DNA of 26,556 nucleotides, from the UHGV virus genome UHGV-0062447. One strand, 5' to 3'. The first letter of the stretch is position 1. Each line of letters starts with the position of its first letter. The notes under the pieces were generated by a model, which saw nothing but the letters and a program-made list of their open reading frames with translations, had not been told where the DNA came from and ran no database searches. A program made the position numbers and the translations under genes. Below, in pieces: positions 1-9,002 of this stretch. This DNA comes from a virus.

Positions 1-470
1 GACTGACAGGTGCCTTACCTGCTGCAAGGTCATATGCCGCCTTCACTGCCTTTGGTGTGGCAGCCTGCGTTTCTGACGTGCTGTTAGTGGCGCTGCTGAG
101 TTGCACGGTGCCTTTTACCGTCAGTGAAGCTGCAGGCACATCCGTTATCTGGCTCCATGGGTGCGTGTGACTGACAGGTGCCTTACCTGCTGCAAGGTCA
201 TATGCCGCCTTCACTGCCTTTGGAGTGGCAGCCTGCGTTTCTGATGTGCTGTTAGTGGCGCTGCTGAGTTGCACAGTGCCTTTTACCGTCAGCGAGGCTG
301 CAGGTACACCTGTTATCTGATTCCACGGGTGTGTGTGACTGGCGGATGCTTTACCTGCTGCAAGATCATATGCAGCCTTTACAGCCTTCGGTGTTGCGGC
401 CAGTATTTCGGATTCACTGTTGGTCGCACTGCTTAACTGAGTAAAACCTTTTGCGGTCAGCGAGGCGTCC
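1..470. repeat. 168-bp (56-codon) in-frame tandem repeat, about 2.7 copies (units start at 1, 169 and 337; third copy diverged)
   Basis: Direct reading: 1-168 and 169-336 are near-identical (a few substitutions); 337-470 is a diverged copy. Lies within the H coding sequence. Confidence 0.85.
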
Positions 471-967
471 GGGTGACGTCGTGACTGTTCGTGCTCTGAT
501 ATTTTGTCATCCACATACTTGCGGGTTGCCAGCACTACGGCAGGGTCAATTTTCAGGGTGATATTGTCCGTACTGCTGGTAATCAGCACCATGCGCACGG
601 TCTGGGTGCGCCCGCTGCCTTCAGCCAGTTGCGGTTTATAACTTTCCGGGCAGTTCCCCACGGCAATCAATGCCCCTGACTCATCAAACAGGCCCACTTC
701 ACGTATCCACCAACCGCCCTCGTTTTCAGGGATCACCTGTTCAGCAATAATCTGGCTGCTGTTCTGCGGGTCGATATAGAGCATATTCAGCGCAGCCCGG
801 CGTTTCTCATTTACCAGTGCAGTCTGCTTTGCGTCCGGCGTCGGCAATGCTCCGCCGCCATCGCCCACCGCCATATGGGTTATTTTTAGCGGCACACCAA
901 GCGCGGCGGCGCTGGCAAGTTTCGCCGCGCCAATATCCGTCAGCAGGGTATAAAATTTTGTGCTCAT
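1..967 (-). CDS. H: Tail fibre protein H, N-terminal 322 codons (3-prime part outside window)
   Basis: Reverse-strand translation from ATG at 965-967 gives MSTKFYTLLTDIGAAKLASAAALGV..., which resembles the P2 gpH N-terminus as I recall it; it continues into 56-aa repeats (ASLTVKGTVQLSSATNSTSETQAATPKAVKAAYDLAAGKA...) typical of tail fibres. Open to the window edge, so absent from the ORF track. Start overlaps the stop of I (ATGA). Confidence 0.8.
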   Translation of the reverse strand, partial: MSTKFYTLLTDIGAAKLASAAALGVPLKITHMAVGDGGGALPTPDAKQTALVNEKRRAALNMLYIDPQNSSQIIAEQVIPENEGGWWIREVGLFDESGALIAVGNCPESYKPQLAEGSGRTQTVRMVLITSSTDNITLKIDPAVVLATRKYVDDKISEHEQSRRHPDASLTAKGFTQLSSATNSESEILAATPKAVKAAYDLAAGKASASHTHPWNQITGVPAASLTVKGTVQLSSATNSTSETQAATPKAVKAAYDLAAGKAPVSHTHPWSQITDVPAASLTVKGTVQLSSATNSTSETQAATPKAVKAAYDLAAGKAPVS

Positions 968-1569
968 GGATTCACTCTCATTGTGTCAATAACATGGACC
1001 GCCCCGCCTTCATGCGCGGTGCCGCCGGAAATAATTGTTTCGTTGATATACGGATAGATCGTGATTTCTTCGCCAAGATAGCTGGCGGCTCCCACCCAAT
1101 GCGGGCCGCTGGTCTGCAGGTTGATGGACATGCCGCTCATGTGACGGCTACATGGTTTGGCATCGCTTATCAGTCGCTCAAGTTCTAGATAGGTATCTTC
1201 AGTGATGCCCTGGTCCTGCACGCCGATATCCAGACGAAACGTGCCCGGTGCCTCTCCGGTCTGCCACCACTCAATAATGCGGATCAGAAAGCCGAACGGC
1301 TCCACCACCCGCCGCACGGCACTGGTGGTCCCTTTATGCTGATGAATATAAAAAGCATCCTTCACTACCTGGCGTTTGACGCTTTCTGTCCAGCCCTCGT
1401 CCCAGCGATCCACAGAGAACGCCCAGGCGAGATAAGGCAGGAAGCTGACCGGACAGGTAGCCGGATTCCACAAGTCACGCAGCGGCACCTGCAGATCAGA
1501 AATCCCACTGCAGGTTTGCGCCAGTCGTCGCTCCAGTGAAGTTGAACCCGGTGGCAGCAGACTATTCAT
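964..1569 (-). CDS. I: Baseplate assembly protein I
   Basis: ORF 964..1569 (201 aa), ATG at 1567-1569; position between J and H and gpI-like translation; start overlaps J stop. Confidence 0.8.
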   Translation of the reverse strand: MNSLLPPGSTSLERRLAQTCSGISDLQVPLRDLWNPATCPVSFLPYLAWAFSVDRWDEGWTESVKRQVVKDAFYIHQHKGTTSAVRRVVEPFGFLIRIIEWWQTGEAPGTFRLDIGVQDQGITEDTYLELERLISDAKPCSRHMSGMSINLQTSGPHWVGAASYLGEEITIYPYINETIISGGTAHEGGAVHVIDTMRVNP

Positions 1570-2470
1570 CCGTTCCTCCGTTGGTCACGCTCCACTGCGT
1601 ACATGATGCCGCCTGCGTTTTGTTCAGAACCACATCCGCCAGCGGAGAAGCCAGTTCCACACGTTGAACACCCTCAACATGCAGCGCGGCAAAGATGGCA
1701 CTACGGCGAATATCCCGACCGAGCCGCGTCTGACTGGCGATGTACCTCTGCAGGCTGACTTTTGCCGCTGCCATTACCGGCTCTGCTTCCGGTCCCGGAT
1801 AAAGAAAAATGGTGGCTTCCACACGGTACGGGATGATTTCTGCGCTGCGAACCGTCAGACGGTCAGCCACCGGGCGGACGTTCTCACTGTTCAGGGCTTT
1901 CTCCACCACATCCAGCAAATCTTTTTCTGCTGTTCCGTCGCCTTCACGGCTCAGGATAGTCAGTACCACCTCTGCAGGTGCCGGACTGGTTGCACTGGCA
2001 TCCGCCACCCGACCGTCGGCGCTTCGGGCATGAAATTCATAAGCGGCAGTTGGTCCCGCAACTGAAAGCCCCTCAAAGGCTGCAGGCACACGCAGGCGTA
2101 ACGCTTCATCGCTTTCCATCACTGCTGCAACGGGCGGCACAGCGTTATTATCAGCAGGCGTCACCGTCAGGCGTTTCACGTTGTAGTTGGCAGCGATCTG
2201 GTCAAGATCGCCGCCCATCGCGTAAGCCACCATTACCGCCTGCGCGGCTTCGTTAATGCGCTGGCGCAGAAGCAACTCACGGTAAGCGTTCTCCTGCAAC
2301 AATTTGGTGACGGGTTCAGATTCCAGTTCCAGCGTGCGGATCACTGCTTCCTGCTCAGCTTTCGGATGAAGCGCCACAAATTCTGCCTTGCGTTCGGCAA
2401 GCAGCGTCTCAAAGTCCGGCACATCCACAATCTGCGGTGCAGGCAACTGCGAAAGGTCAATCACTGCCAT
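1562..2470 (-). CDS. J: Baseplate protein J
   Basis: Translation from the internal ATG (MAVIDLSQLPAPQIVDVPDFETLLAERKA...) aligns along its length with P2 gpJ as I recall it (302 aa). The ORF track's longer form begins at an upstream start that overlaps W. Confidence 0.85.
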   Translation of the reverse strand: MAVIDLSQLPAPQIVDVPDFETLLAERKAEFVALHPKAEQEAVIRTLELESEPVTKLLQENAYRELLLRQRINEAAQAVMVAYAMGGDLDQIAANYNVKRLTVTPADNNAVPPVAAVMESDEALRLRVPAAFEGLSVAGPTAAYEFHARSADGRVADASATSPAPAEVVLTILSREGDGTAEKDLLDVVEKALNSENVRPVADRLTVRSAEIIPYRVEATIFLYPGPEAEPVMAAAKVSLQRYIASQTRLGRDIRRSAIFAALHVEGVQRVELASPLADVVLNKTQAASCTQWSVTNGGTDE

Positions 2471-2816
2471 TCTCTGCTCCTGTTGATACTGAAAGGGACA
2501 CAGGCACACCGTTATTCCGCCGCCCGGTCAGCTCCACCACCATTGAACCGTCAAAATTGCTGTTAATAGTGATGGAATCCAGCGTCAGCCGTGGCTCCCA
2601 GCGACTCAGTGCCACATACACAGCCGACATAACCTGCAGGCGTAACGCCGGATTTTGTGGCTGATCTATCAGTGCCGACAGCAGGGAACCATATTCCCGA
2701 CGGGCAATGCGGCTACCCTGCGGCGTCAGCAGAATGTCCCGCACCGACTGGCGCAGATGGTCAATATCAGTAATGGCTTTACCGCTGGTATTGTTCATCC
2801 CGCTATAAAGCGTCAT
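2457..2816 (-). CDS. W: Baseplate wedge protein W (gp25/GPW family)
   Basis: 119-aa ORF, ATG at 2814-2816 overlapping V stop; size and position match P2 gpW (about 115 aa). Confidence 0.75.
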   Translation of the reverse strand: MTLYSGMNNTSGKAITDIDHLRQSVRDILLTPQGSRIARREYGSLLSALIDQPQNPALRLQVMSAVYVALSRWEPRLTLDSITINSNFDGSMVVELTGRRNNGVPVSLSVSTGAENGSD

Positions 2817-3391
2817 ACCGGGCCTCCGGTTGTGTCGCCGCCTTTCAGGACGCCAGTATGCTGATGCGCATCAACCACGATCCCGTTAGAACTCATCGCT
2901 CCGCCGCCCTGGGTAACGCCACCATTGATCACCACTTCGCTGTTAATGCGCGTGCGGTCAGCCTCCAGTACAAACTCACTGGTTTTCAGGGTGATGTTGC
3001 CAGCGGCCTCAATGACCATTGATTTGATGCCCCTGACATACCAGCGCCCGGTGGCGGGTTCGTATTCAAACCAGCCACCGTCAGGATGTTCTGTCACGCA
3101 GGCGTCCGCCGACGTCGACGGTGGCGCGAACTGATTCGAATAGATGGCGGGTAACGCAAAGGCTGTTTCCAGATTGCCGCCCAGACTAAGCAGCACCACC
3201 TGCTCACCTTCCGATGGTCGCCACCATGTGCGGGCATTCCCGGCACGCAGCGTCAGCCAGCTGATCCAGTTGGTTTCAAGCTCGCCCGTTTTCACCCGGC
3301 AAAGCCAGTTCTCCCGGTCCACTTCGGTGACTACCCCAGTGCGGATCAGGTTGGTGATAAGGCGCATGATTTCGGTTAGTTGTGCGTTCAT
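2813..3391 (-). CDS. V: Baseplate spike/hub protein V
   Basis: From ATG at 3389-3391: MNAQLTEIMRLITNLIRTGVVTEVD...WWRPSEGEQVV...HQHTG... aligns with P2 gpV as recalled; the ORF-track upstream extension (36 codons) is probably not translated. Confidence 0.85.
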   Translation of the reverse strand: MNAQLTEIMRLITNLIRTGVVTEVDRENWLCRVKTGELETNWISWLTLRAGNARTWWRPSEGEQVVLLSLGGNLETAFALPAIYSNQFAPPSTSADACVTEHPDGGWFEYEPATGRWYVRGIKSMVIEAAGNITLKTSEFVLEADRTRINSEVVINGGVTQGGGAMSSNGIVVDAHQHTGVLKGGDTTGGPV

Positions 3392-3437
3392 AGGGTTAGG
3401 TTGCACGGACCTTGAATCTATGGCATCAATACGTCCT

Positions 3438-3455
3438 TGTGTGGTAAATGACACA
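3438..3455. promoter_or_regulatory. TGT-N12-ACA dyad (P2 Ogr / 186 B late-activator-type site) upstream of V
   Basis: Sequence TGTGTGGTAAATGACACA read directly; P2 late promoters carry TGT-N12-ACA upstream of the -35 region. Spacing to the V start (about 55 bp to the ATG) is shorter than expected, so tentative. Confidence 0.3.
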
Positions 3456-3486
3456 AATACAATTCCAATCGAAGAAAGGTAAAAGA

Positions 3487-4017
3487 ATGAGCCATCCAAT
3501 TGATTATTACGCTATAGAAGAACACGCAAGAATAATTGAGCAATTATGCTGTTCATCTGAATTTTATTTACAGCGTATATATTCCACACAGAAAGTATAT
3601 GATGGTTCTATAGTAACTGAATTTGAAATGGAGGAGTTATCGTACAACGGATGGTTGGAATATACCATTAGCAACAATCTTATTAGCCTTTGTACAAAAC
3701 TACGAATTCTCCAAGACACTAATGAACATGAGTGGAACCCAGATTACTCACCTGAGAAAGAAGCATTTGAAGAACATGAAAATATACTTTTTGTTATAGA
3801 TGGTCATGTTAAAGGTTCTATACGCGAATGCTGCAATAAAATTATTCACGCATTAAGTTTTGAGTTAACAAAAAAGACCGGCAAAAATGGAATAAAATAT
3901 TGGGATGGTTCTATTATTGCTTCTGGGGTTCAAAACAAAAAAAACTGGAAAATTAAAATAGACCTTTTCCCTTTTTGCCAAAGCATAAAAAGTTATTTAA
4001 GTTTATTAAGTGCGTAA
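3487..4017 (+). CDS. Hypothetical protein (176 aa), low-GC cargo gene between V and S on the opposite strand
   Basis: ORF 3448..4017; preferred start ATG 3487 preceded by AAAGG (gaaaggtaaaagaATG); alternative ATG at 3448. Coding sequence is very AT-rich relative to flanking core genes. No motif recognised. Confidence 0.65.
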   Translation: MSHPIDYYAIEEHARIIEQLCCSSEFYLQRIYSTQKVYDGSIVTEFEMEELSYNGWLEYTISNNLISLCTKLRILQDTNEHEWNPDYSPEKEAFEEHENILFVIDGHVKGSIRECCNKIIHALSFELTKKTGKNGIKYWDGSIIASGVQNKKNWKIKIDLFPFCQSIKSYLSLLSA

Positions 4018-4022
4018 ACATT

Positions 4023-4475
4023 CTAATTTTTCATCAAAAAATACTTTAAAAGTAAATCTCTTACTTCATTTTCAGTATGTTCATTTAAACCCAGCAATTT
4101 TCGGGATGGATACTTAATGACTCCCCCCTTTGGACTGACGCGATCGCGCAGGCCGTAATGATGAACGCGGGCAATGCGCTGCACCTTACCTTCAAACTGT
4201 ACGCTGGCAGAATCCGCGCTGGCGGCGGTTTTCAGGTATTTTGTGGTGCGCAGCTTTGCAAACATCTGACGTTTGATGCGCCCTTTTTTACTTCGTGCTG
4301 TTACCCGTCGCGGTTCATAGCTGCTGCCGTCAGGGTTGCGCTGCATCCTGATATTCTGCTGCTGTGTCCGGCGCAGTTCCTGCGCCAGCTGGCGCATCAT
4401 GCGGCTTCTGGCGGCTGGTTCCAGATTCGCCAGCAAGGCACTCAGCCAGTCGTCCACTTTCTGCAGTTCAGCCAC
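4023..4475 (-). CDS. S: Tail completion protein S
   Basis: 150-aa ORF with GTG start at 4473-4475 overlapping R stop; gpS-like translation and position. The last ~35 codons (4023-4130) are AT-rich. Confidence 0.8.
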   Translation of the reverse strand: MAELQKVDDWLSALLANLEPAARSRMMRQLAQELRRTQQQNIRMQRNPDGSSYEPRRVTARSKKGRIKRQMFAKLRTTKYLKTAASADSASVQFEGKVQRIARVHHYGLRDRVSPKGGVIKYPSRKLLGLNEHTENEVRDLLLKYFLMKN

Positions 4476-4899
4476 GTTTCACCGTCCACATTTCTTCAGG
4501 TTCATCGGGTTCCGCTACAGCTTCAACGCTCGACACACTGCCGTCAGTGCTGACCAGCACACGTTCCGTCAGTTGCAGGTTAAGGCTGATATCACAGACA
4601 TCGTTGCGCAGAATATCCACCTCAAAGGTGAATAGTTTTTCCCGTAACGCCGGGTTATTGATGGCATCGGGCTGGTTATCCCTCAGCCACAGCAAAACCG
4701 GGGCCATCAGCAGATTCTGGTCGCCGCTGAAATCCTCAATCACCGCGTTCAGTGTGTAACGGTACTCCCACGACATGGAGCTGGCCCCCGTGGCAACCAG
4801 CGAACCGTTATCCACAAACAGATGCAGTTTGTCCGGGTTATTGCGGACATAAGGCACCGCTTTATTGAGGGCGTGGCGCAGGGATTGTGGTTTGTTCAC
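4468..4899 (-). CDS. R: Tail completion protein R
   Basis: Translation NKPQSLRHALNKAVPYVRNNPDKLHLFVDNGS... resembles P2 gpR; GTG start at 4897-4899 preceded by GGAG 8 nt upstream. The ORF-track TTG extension is unlikely. Confidence 0.8.
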   Translation of the reverse strand: MNKPQSLRHALNKAVPYVRNNPDKLHLFVDNGSLVATGASSMSWEYRYTLNAVIEDFSGDQNLLMAPVLLWLRDNQPDAINNPALREKLFTFEVDILRNDVCDISLNLQLTERVLVSTDGSVSSVEAVAEPDEPEEMWTVKRG

Positions 4900-5152
4900 T
4901 GTTTCGCTCCTGACACGCAATAATCATGTCCACTTTGTCTGCACAGACCGCCCAGGCGGCCTCCGTTTCATCCAGCAACGCATTCAGATCACCGTTAGTG
5001 CGTGGTGCTGCCTGCTCCAGCCGACACGGCGTCACTCGCGGACAACCACTGACGGTAAGCTGCACCTCCGGTGAGTGCCGGACGTTCCCGCAGCCGGATA
5101 ATGTCAGCAGGCAAAGGAGTATCAGCCCAGTGGCGTAAATCCTCGTTCTCAC
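4862..5152 (-). CDS. lysC: LysC, Rz1-like outer-membrane spanin lipoprotein, overlapping lysB out of frame
   Basis: N-terminus MRTRIYATGLILLCLLTLSGC has a signal peptide plus lipobox (LSGC); embedded in / overlapping the lysB frame as in P2. GTG start; exact start uncertain. Confidence 0.6.
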   Translation of the reverse strand: MRTRIYATGLILLCLLTLSGCGNVRHSPEVQLTVSGCPRVTPCRLEQAAPRTNGDLNALLDETEAAWAVCADKVDMIIACQERNSEQTTIPAPRPQ

Positions 5153-5423
5153 GTTTCAGTTCCTCGATCCGGCGTTGTCGTTGTCTCAGCTGTGCGCTGG
5201 TCTGTTCTGCTTCGGCATAGAGCCGCGCCTGCTCCCGGTTATTGGTTTCAGTCAGAATGGACAGGCTGATAAGCTGGCTGTTGCTCTTTGCCAGTGCCTG
5301 GCTTTTGCTCTGCAGCTTGTTTGCCTGCGTGCTGATGGTCTGGCTGGCATCAGCCAGCCGCCACGTCTGCCAGCCCAGCGCCGCCAGTAATAACGCCAGC
5401 ACAACCAGCAGCAACCGGTTCAT
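4995..5423 (-). CDS. lysB: LysB, Rz-like inner-membrane spanin
   Basis: 142 aa with an N-terminal TM segment (LLLVVLALLLAALGW) and a coiled-coil-like remainder; ATG 5421-5423 overlaps lysA stop. Confidence 0.75.
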   Translation of the reverse strand: MNRLLLVVLALLLAALGWQTWRLADASQTISTQANKLQSKSQALAKSNSQLISLSILTETNNREQARLYAEAEQTSAQLRQRQRRIEELKRENEDLRHWADTPLPADIIRLRERPALTGGAAYRQWLSASDAVSAGAGSTTH

Positions 5424-5797
5424 GCTGATACCTGTTGCGCCATCTGATTACGGGTCATCCAGAAGGCAATAACGGTCAGCAGATAAAAGACCAGGGTAAT
5501 AGCCCACCCCGTCCAGGCGAGACTTACAACAATCAGCAATCGCATCACCCAACTGGTAAATACGTTTTCTTTTCGGGTAATTGTCTTCAGCAAAGATGCC
5601 CTTAACTCCTGCCAGAGCGGGCCATTCTTAATTAACGCAGCCAGTGCTACCGGAATTACCGCCCATGTCAGCAAACAGGCTACCCAAACGCCGGACGCTG
5701 ACAGTACCGGAAAAATCCCCTGCGGATACACCATTGCTGCGATTAACAGCGCCATCCATAACATCAGAAATAGTCCGCTGATTAATTTCTTTTTCAT
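5420..5797 (-). CDS. lysA: LysA, small membrane lysis-timing protein
   Basis: From ATG at 5795-5797 (MKKKLISGLFLMLWMALLIAAMV...); several hydrophobic helices; position between K and lysB as in P2. Confidence 0.7.
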   Translation of the reverse strand: MKKKLISGLFLMLWMALLIAAMVYPQGIFPVLSASGVWVACLLTWAVIPVALAALIKNGPLWQELRASLLKTITRKENVFTSWVMRLLIVVSLAWTGWAITLVFYLLTVIAFWMTRNQMAQQVSA

Positions 5798-5798
5798 T

Positions 5799-6311
5799 TC
5801 AGTTTGCTCCCTGTAAACACCAGGCCATCTCCCGCGCACGGCGGTTATCCAGCCCCTGATTAAACACACCTTTTACATAAACCCAGCGCGGCAACTGTCG
5901 GCACGCATCCGCCCAGCGCCGCTGATTGAGCAATTTCACCAGCGTGGAACTACAGGCATTGCCCGTCCCCACGTTGAAGGCAAACGACACCGTAGCGTCA
6001 TACACCTTCTGTGGTGGCTGTTGCTTCACACACCTTTCCAGTGCCCGCTCCACACGCAGCACGTTGGAGATCAGCCCTTCTGCTGCCTGTCGTTCCGTGA
6101 TTGTTTTGCCGGGAATGACGCCCGATGTATTACCAATGCCGTCGGTCCAGACACTCGCGCTGCACTGATACGGCTGCAGACGACAGCCTTCGTAATCGGC
6201 AATCAGTTTCAGCCCCTCCACGGAGGTGTGAAGCTGCTGAAAACCCGGCAGCGTGGCAGCAATAGCCAGCACGGCCCCGACAAGGCAGCGTTTAACGATT
6301 GATGGATTCAT
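5799..6311 (-). CDS. K: Endolysin (lysozyme), P2 gpK-like
   Basis: 170-aa ORF, ATG 6309-6311; lysozyme-like sequence with an N-terminal hydrophobic segment; directly downstream of holin Y. Confidence 0.8.
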   Translation of the reverse strand: MNPSIVKRCLVGAVLAIAATLPGFQQLHTSVEGLKLIADYEGCRLQPYQCSASVWTDGIGNTSGVIPGKTITERQAAEGLISNVLRVERALERCVKQQPPQKVYDATVSFAFNVGTGNACSSTLVKLLNQRRWADACRQLPRWVYVKGVFNQGLDNRRAREMAWCLQGAN

Positions 6312-6507
6312 AGCCCTCCCGCGAGATCTGCCCGTCGCGCAGAAGCTGGTAGGCTTTGTGCTTGTAGTACCAGTTGATAGCCAGCATCAGCACACCAATC
6401 ATCAGGCCGCCCAGCGTTGAGGCATCCTTGATGGACAAATCGCCCAGCCAGGCCAGCACGACGGCGATGCAATACGTGATAAAGGTGCTGATTCGCTCAA
6501 GCGTCAT
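6292..6507 (-). CDS. Y: Holin, P2 gpY-like
   Basis: 71 aa, two or three TM segments and a charged C-terminus; ATG 6505-6507. Confidence 0.8.
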   Translation of the reverse strand: MTLERISTFITYCIAVVLAWLGDLSIKDASTLGGLMIGVLMLAINWYYKHKAYQLLRDGQISREGYESINR

Positions 6508-6510
6508 AAT

Positions 6511-6714
6511 TCAGTCCCATAGCTGGACGGTCTGCACGGTGGTGGTGGTCGGAATGTCCGGCAGCTCCACCTGCAGCCCGTGAGGTAAAAAGGGGCCGTA
6601 TTCGGCAAGCCCCGGATTTGCCTTCAGTACCTGCTCCGTGACACCCTGCGTGCGCCCGTAATGACGCCAGCAAAGCGCGTCCACCGTGTCATACTGATGC
6701 GCACGCACTTTCAT
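6511..6714 (-). CDS. X: Tail protein X
   Basis: 67-aa ORF between L and Y; ATG 6712-6714 overlaps L stop; P2 gpX-like size and position. Confidence 0.75.
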   Translation of the reverse strand: MKVRAHQYDTVDALCWRHYGRTQGVTEQVLKANPGLAEYGPFLPHGLQVELPDIPTTTTVQTVQLWD

Positions 6715-7178
6715 CAGATAAGCTCCACTGTGCAGTGCGGCGCATCCTGTACCCGGCTGATGGCCCAGCGTGCGTCACGCCACAAATCACCGCTGGATTC
6801 CGCCAGTTCCTCGCCTCGCTTCACACCGGATGCCGTGGCGTCATAGTCCTGGTATCGTTCGTTGAGCATGGCGCGTGCCCAGCAGTAAACCGCGTTGAAA
6901 TAGTGCTGAATGCGCTCACTTTTGCCGTCCAGCTGTTCCGCCGGAACCTCAGCCAGCGACACATACCCCAGCATCTGCTGACGTCTGCGAAACTCATACA
7001 GCTCTGCGTTGACCTCCGAAATTGCCGACAGCGCAACCTGCTTTAAACGCGGCTGCGTCACCGTGCCGTCAGTGCGCATGACACTGCGAAACTCCGACAG
7101 GTCCACATCAGGCCAGAACGGCGTATTTCTGATGATTTCCGCCTGTTCCGGTGCCTGTTCTGGCGCAACAAACTTCAT
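6714..7178 (-). CDS. L: Head completion/stabilisation protein L
   Basis: From ATG 7176-7178 (MKFVAPEQ...) preceded by AGGAGA; gpL-like; the ORF-track N-terminal extension is probably untranslated. Confidence 0.75.
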   Translation of the reverse strand: MKFVAPEQAPEQAEIIRNTPFWPDVDLSEFRSVMRTDGTVTQPRLKQVALSAISEVNAELYEFRRRQQMLGYVSLAEVPAEQLDGKSERIQHYFNAVYCWARAMLNERYQDYDATASGVKRGEELAESSGDLWRDARWAISRVQDAPHCTVELI

Positions 7179-7273
7179 GCTGCTTTCTCCTGAAATAGAG
7201 GGCGGTGGACGGGGTTTTGATGTGGCAGTGCCTTTCGCCACCCCGTGCCGCCCGTGCGCGGGGGCACGTTCTG

Positions 7274-7924
7274 TCAGCGGCTGTCATTGCGCAGTCTGCG
7301 CTCCAGCTGCTGTTTGTCTTTTTTCACGCCACAGCGGGGATCGAGCTGTAACGCATGGTTGAGATGATTAAGGGCGGAAGCCGGATTGCTTTCACTCAGG
7401 ACAGCGCCAATCGCTTTATGCAGACGCGCCCGTGACTGGTCCGGCATATCCAGACCGTCTGTCAGCTCCAGCGTCTGCAACAACAGATCGGCATCAAAGC
7501 CGGTGGCGGCAAGCATTGCGCTCTGCGCGGCGTCTGCCATTTCCTCTGCCAGCACGGTCTGCACATTGCGGTTACCCAGTGGCATCACCCAGCCATGACG
7601 CAGGGCATGACGCCCGATCTCCAGCGCCCCGGCATAATCTCCGGCATCAATGCGCCACAGCATCACGTACATCAGTACGTCATCCTGTTGAGTGCCTCCG
7701 GCAGCCAGGACGCCCTCTGCCCAAGCGGCGTACTTCGGCAGCAGCTCCACCTTTATTTCCGCTTTTTTCACCGTGGACTGAACGCCCTTGAGACGGCGGC
7801 GGTCTTCCGCCAGTTGCAGCAGCATCAGGTCATAGCCCGACGCGTGGCGAACACTGCCGCCCTCACGGGCGGCCTGTTCAGCCTGAACGCGCAGGCGATG
7901 CTGCCGTGCGGGACTCAGGCTCAT
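7274..7924 (-). CDS. M: Terminase endonuclease (small) subunit M
   Basis: 216-aa ORF, ATG 7922-7924; gpM-like translation; between N and L. Confidence 0.8.
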   Translation of the reverse strand: MSLSPARQHRLRVQAEQAAREGGSVRHASGYDLMLLQLAEDRRRLKGVQSTVKKAEIKVELLPKYAAWAEGVLAAGGTQQDDVLMYVMLWRIDAGDYAGALEIGRHALRHGWVMPLGNRNVQTVLAEEMADAAQSAMLAATGFDADLLLQTLELTDGLDMPDQSRARLHKAIGAVLSESNPASALNHLNHALQLDPRCGVKKDKQQLERRLRNDSR

Positions 7925-7927
7925 GGA

Positions 7928-8986
7928 TTACGCTCCGGTTTCTGCTGCGGCGGCGCTGAAGTCGCCAATCTGGATGTTTTCCACCAGTGCGGCGCAGCGG
8001 TAGTCCTCAACCACATAGGCTTCGTTAACGGATTCAAAATTTTCAATCCGGTCACGTTTCGGGTTGTCGATAACTGAACGGCGGCGGGTGTCTTCCTGCC
8101 AGTAGATGGACAGGTTATCCAGACGGGTGATTAGCAGCGCATTCGGCGGGAAGAACGGCGCACGCACGGCCTGCAGGCCACCCATGCGTTTCTGACTGAT
8201 GATCATATCGGCAGCGAGTTTTTCACTGTTTTCCTGCTCTTTGTTGACCAGCGGGAAATACTTGTCAGACAGCAGTTCACGACCGCAAATCACCACCAGA
8301 TCGTCATCGTCCTGGTAGACTGCGTCGATAAGCTCATTAACGGCATCCATCACCACGGCGTCCAGGTTGGCATATTCGCCACCTTTACCGACTTTCACCG
8401 CGCCCGGTGTGGTTTCACCGCCCGTGGTGGTGCTGCCCATGACGTGATCCGGTGCATCCTCACGGATTTTCTGCAGCCAGCCTTTGTTCACATCCTGCAG
8501 CAGCGGGTTTTCACTACGGTTGGAGGTTTTCGCACGCTTCACGCCGTTAAAGCCGATCATGATGCGGTCCAGTGCCTGACGTTTCACGATGGCGTCACGG
8601 ATACGCACCTGGAAATCCTGAAACTTCGCCCACAGGTCCAGCTTCGCGTAGGTCAGCACCGTGTCAAAGTTGGTCTGCTCGCATTTATATTCCACATCGA
8701 CCATCAGCGTCGGATCGACAGGTTCACGCTCTTTCGCGGTGGTGTCAGTGGTTCCGGCAATGGTGCTGCCAACACCCAGCCCCAGCAGCTGACCGGACTG
8801 CTCAGTCACTGGCGTGACGTTAATCAGCGTCAGGAAAGCGGCGGACTGCTGGATCTGGTCTTCCAGCGTCTGCTGCACAGACGGCTCCACAGTGAACTTG
8901 CTGGACAGTTCTTCAACTGCCACACCGTTCAGACGCGCCAGCTGCTGCAGGTAAGCGTTAAAAGCAAAGCGGGTATTCTTCTTCAT
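7928..8986 (-). CDS. N: Major capsid protein N
   Basis: 352-aa ORF, ATG 8984-8986; P2 gpN-like translation. Confidence 0.85.
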   Translation of the reverse strand: MKKNTRFAFNAYLQQLARLNGVAVEELSSKFTVEPSVQQTLEDQIQQSAAFLTLINVTPVTEQSGQLLGLGVGSTIAGTTDTTAKEREPVDPTLMVDVEYKCEQTNFDTVLTYAKLDLWAKFQDFQVRIRDAIVKRQALDRIMIGFNGVKRAKTSNRSENPLLQDVNKGWLQKIREDAPDHVMGSTTTGGETTPGAVKVGKGGEYANLDAVVMDAVNELIDAVYQDDDDLVVICGRELLSDKYFPLVNKEQENSEKLAADMIISQKRMGGLQAVRAPFFPPNALLITRLDNLSIYWQEDTRRRSVIDNPKRDRIENFESVNEAYVVEDYRCAALVENIQIGDFSAAAAETGA

Positions 8987-9002
8987 CAGGTTTTGTGCTC
9001 CA

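Noticed and set aside
1-470. Regular direct repeats at the left edge that could be mistaken for a CRISPR array or satellite
   Set aside because: Period is 168 bp with no unique spacers; the repeats are in frame within the tail-fibre H coding sequence and encode a repeated 56-aa module.
3448-3486. Upstream in-frame ATG at 3448 extending the V/S moron ORF by 13 codons
   Set aside because: The downstream ATG at 3487 has the better-placed purine-rich RBS; the extension remains possible but is less likely.
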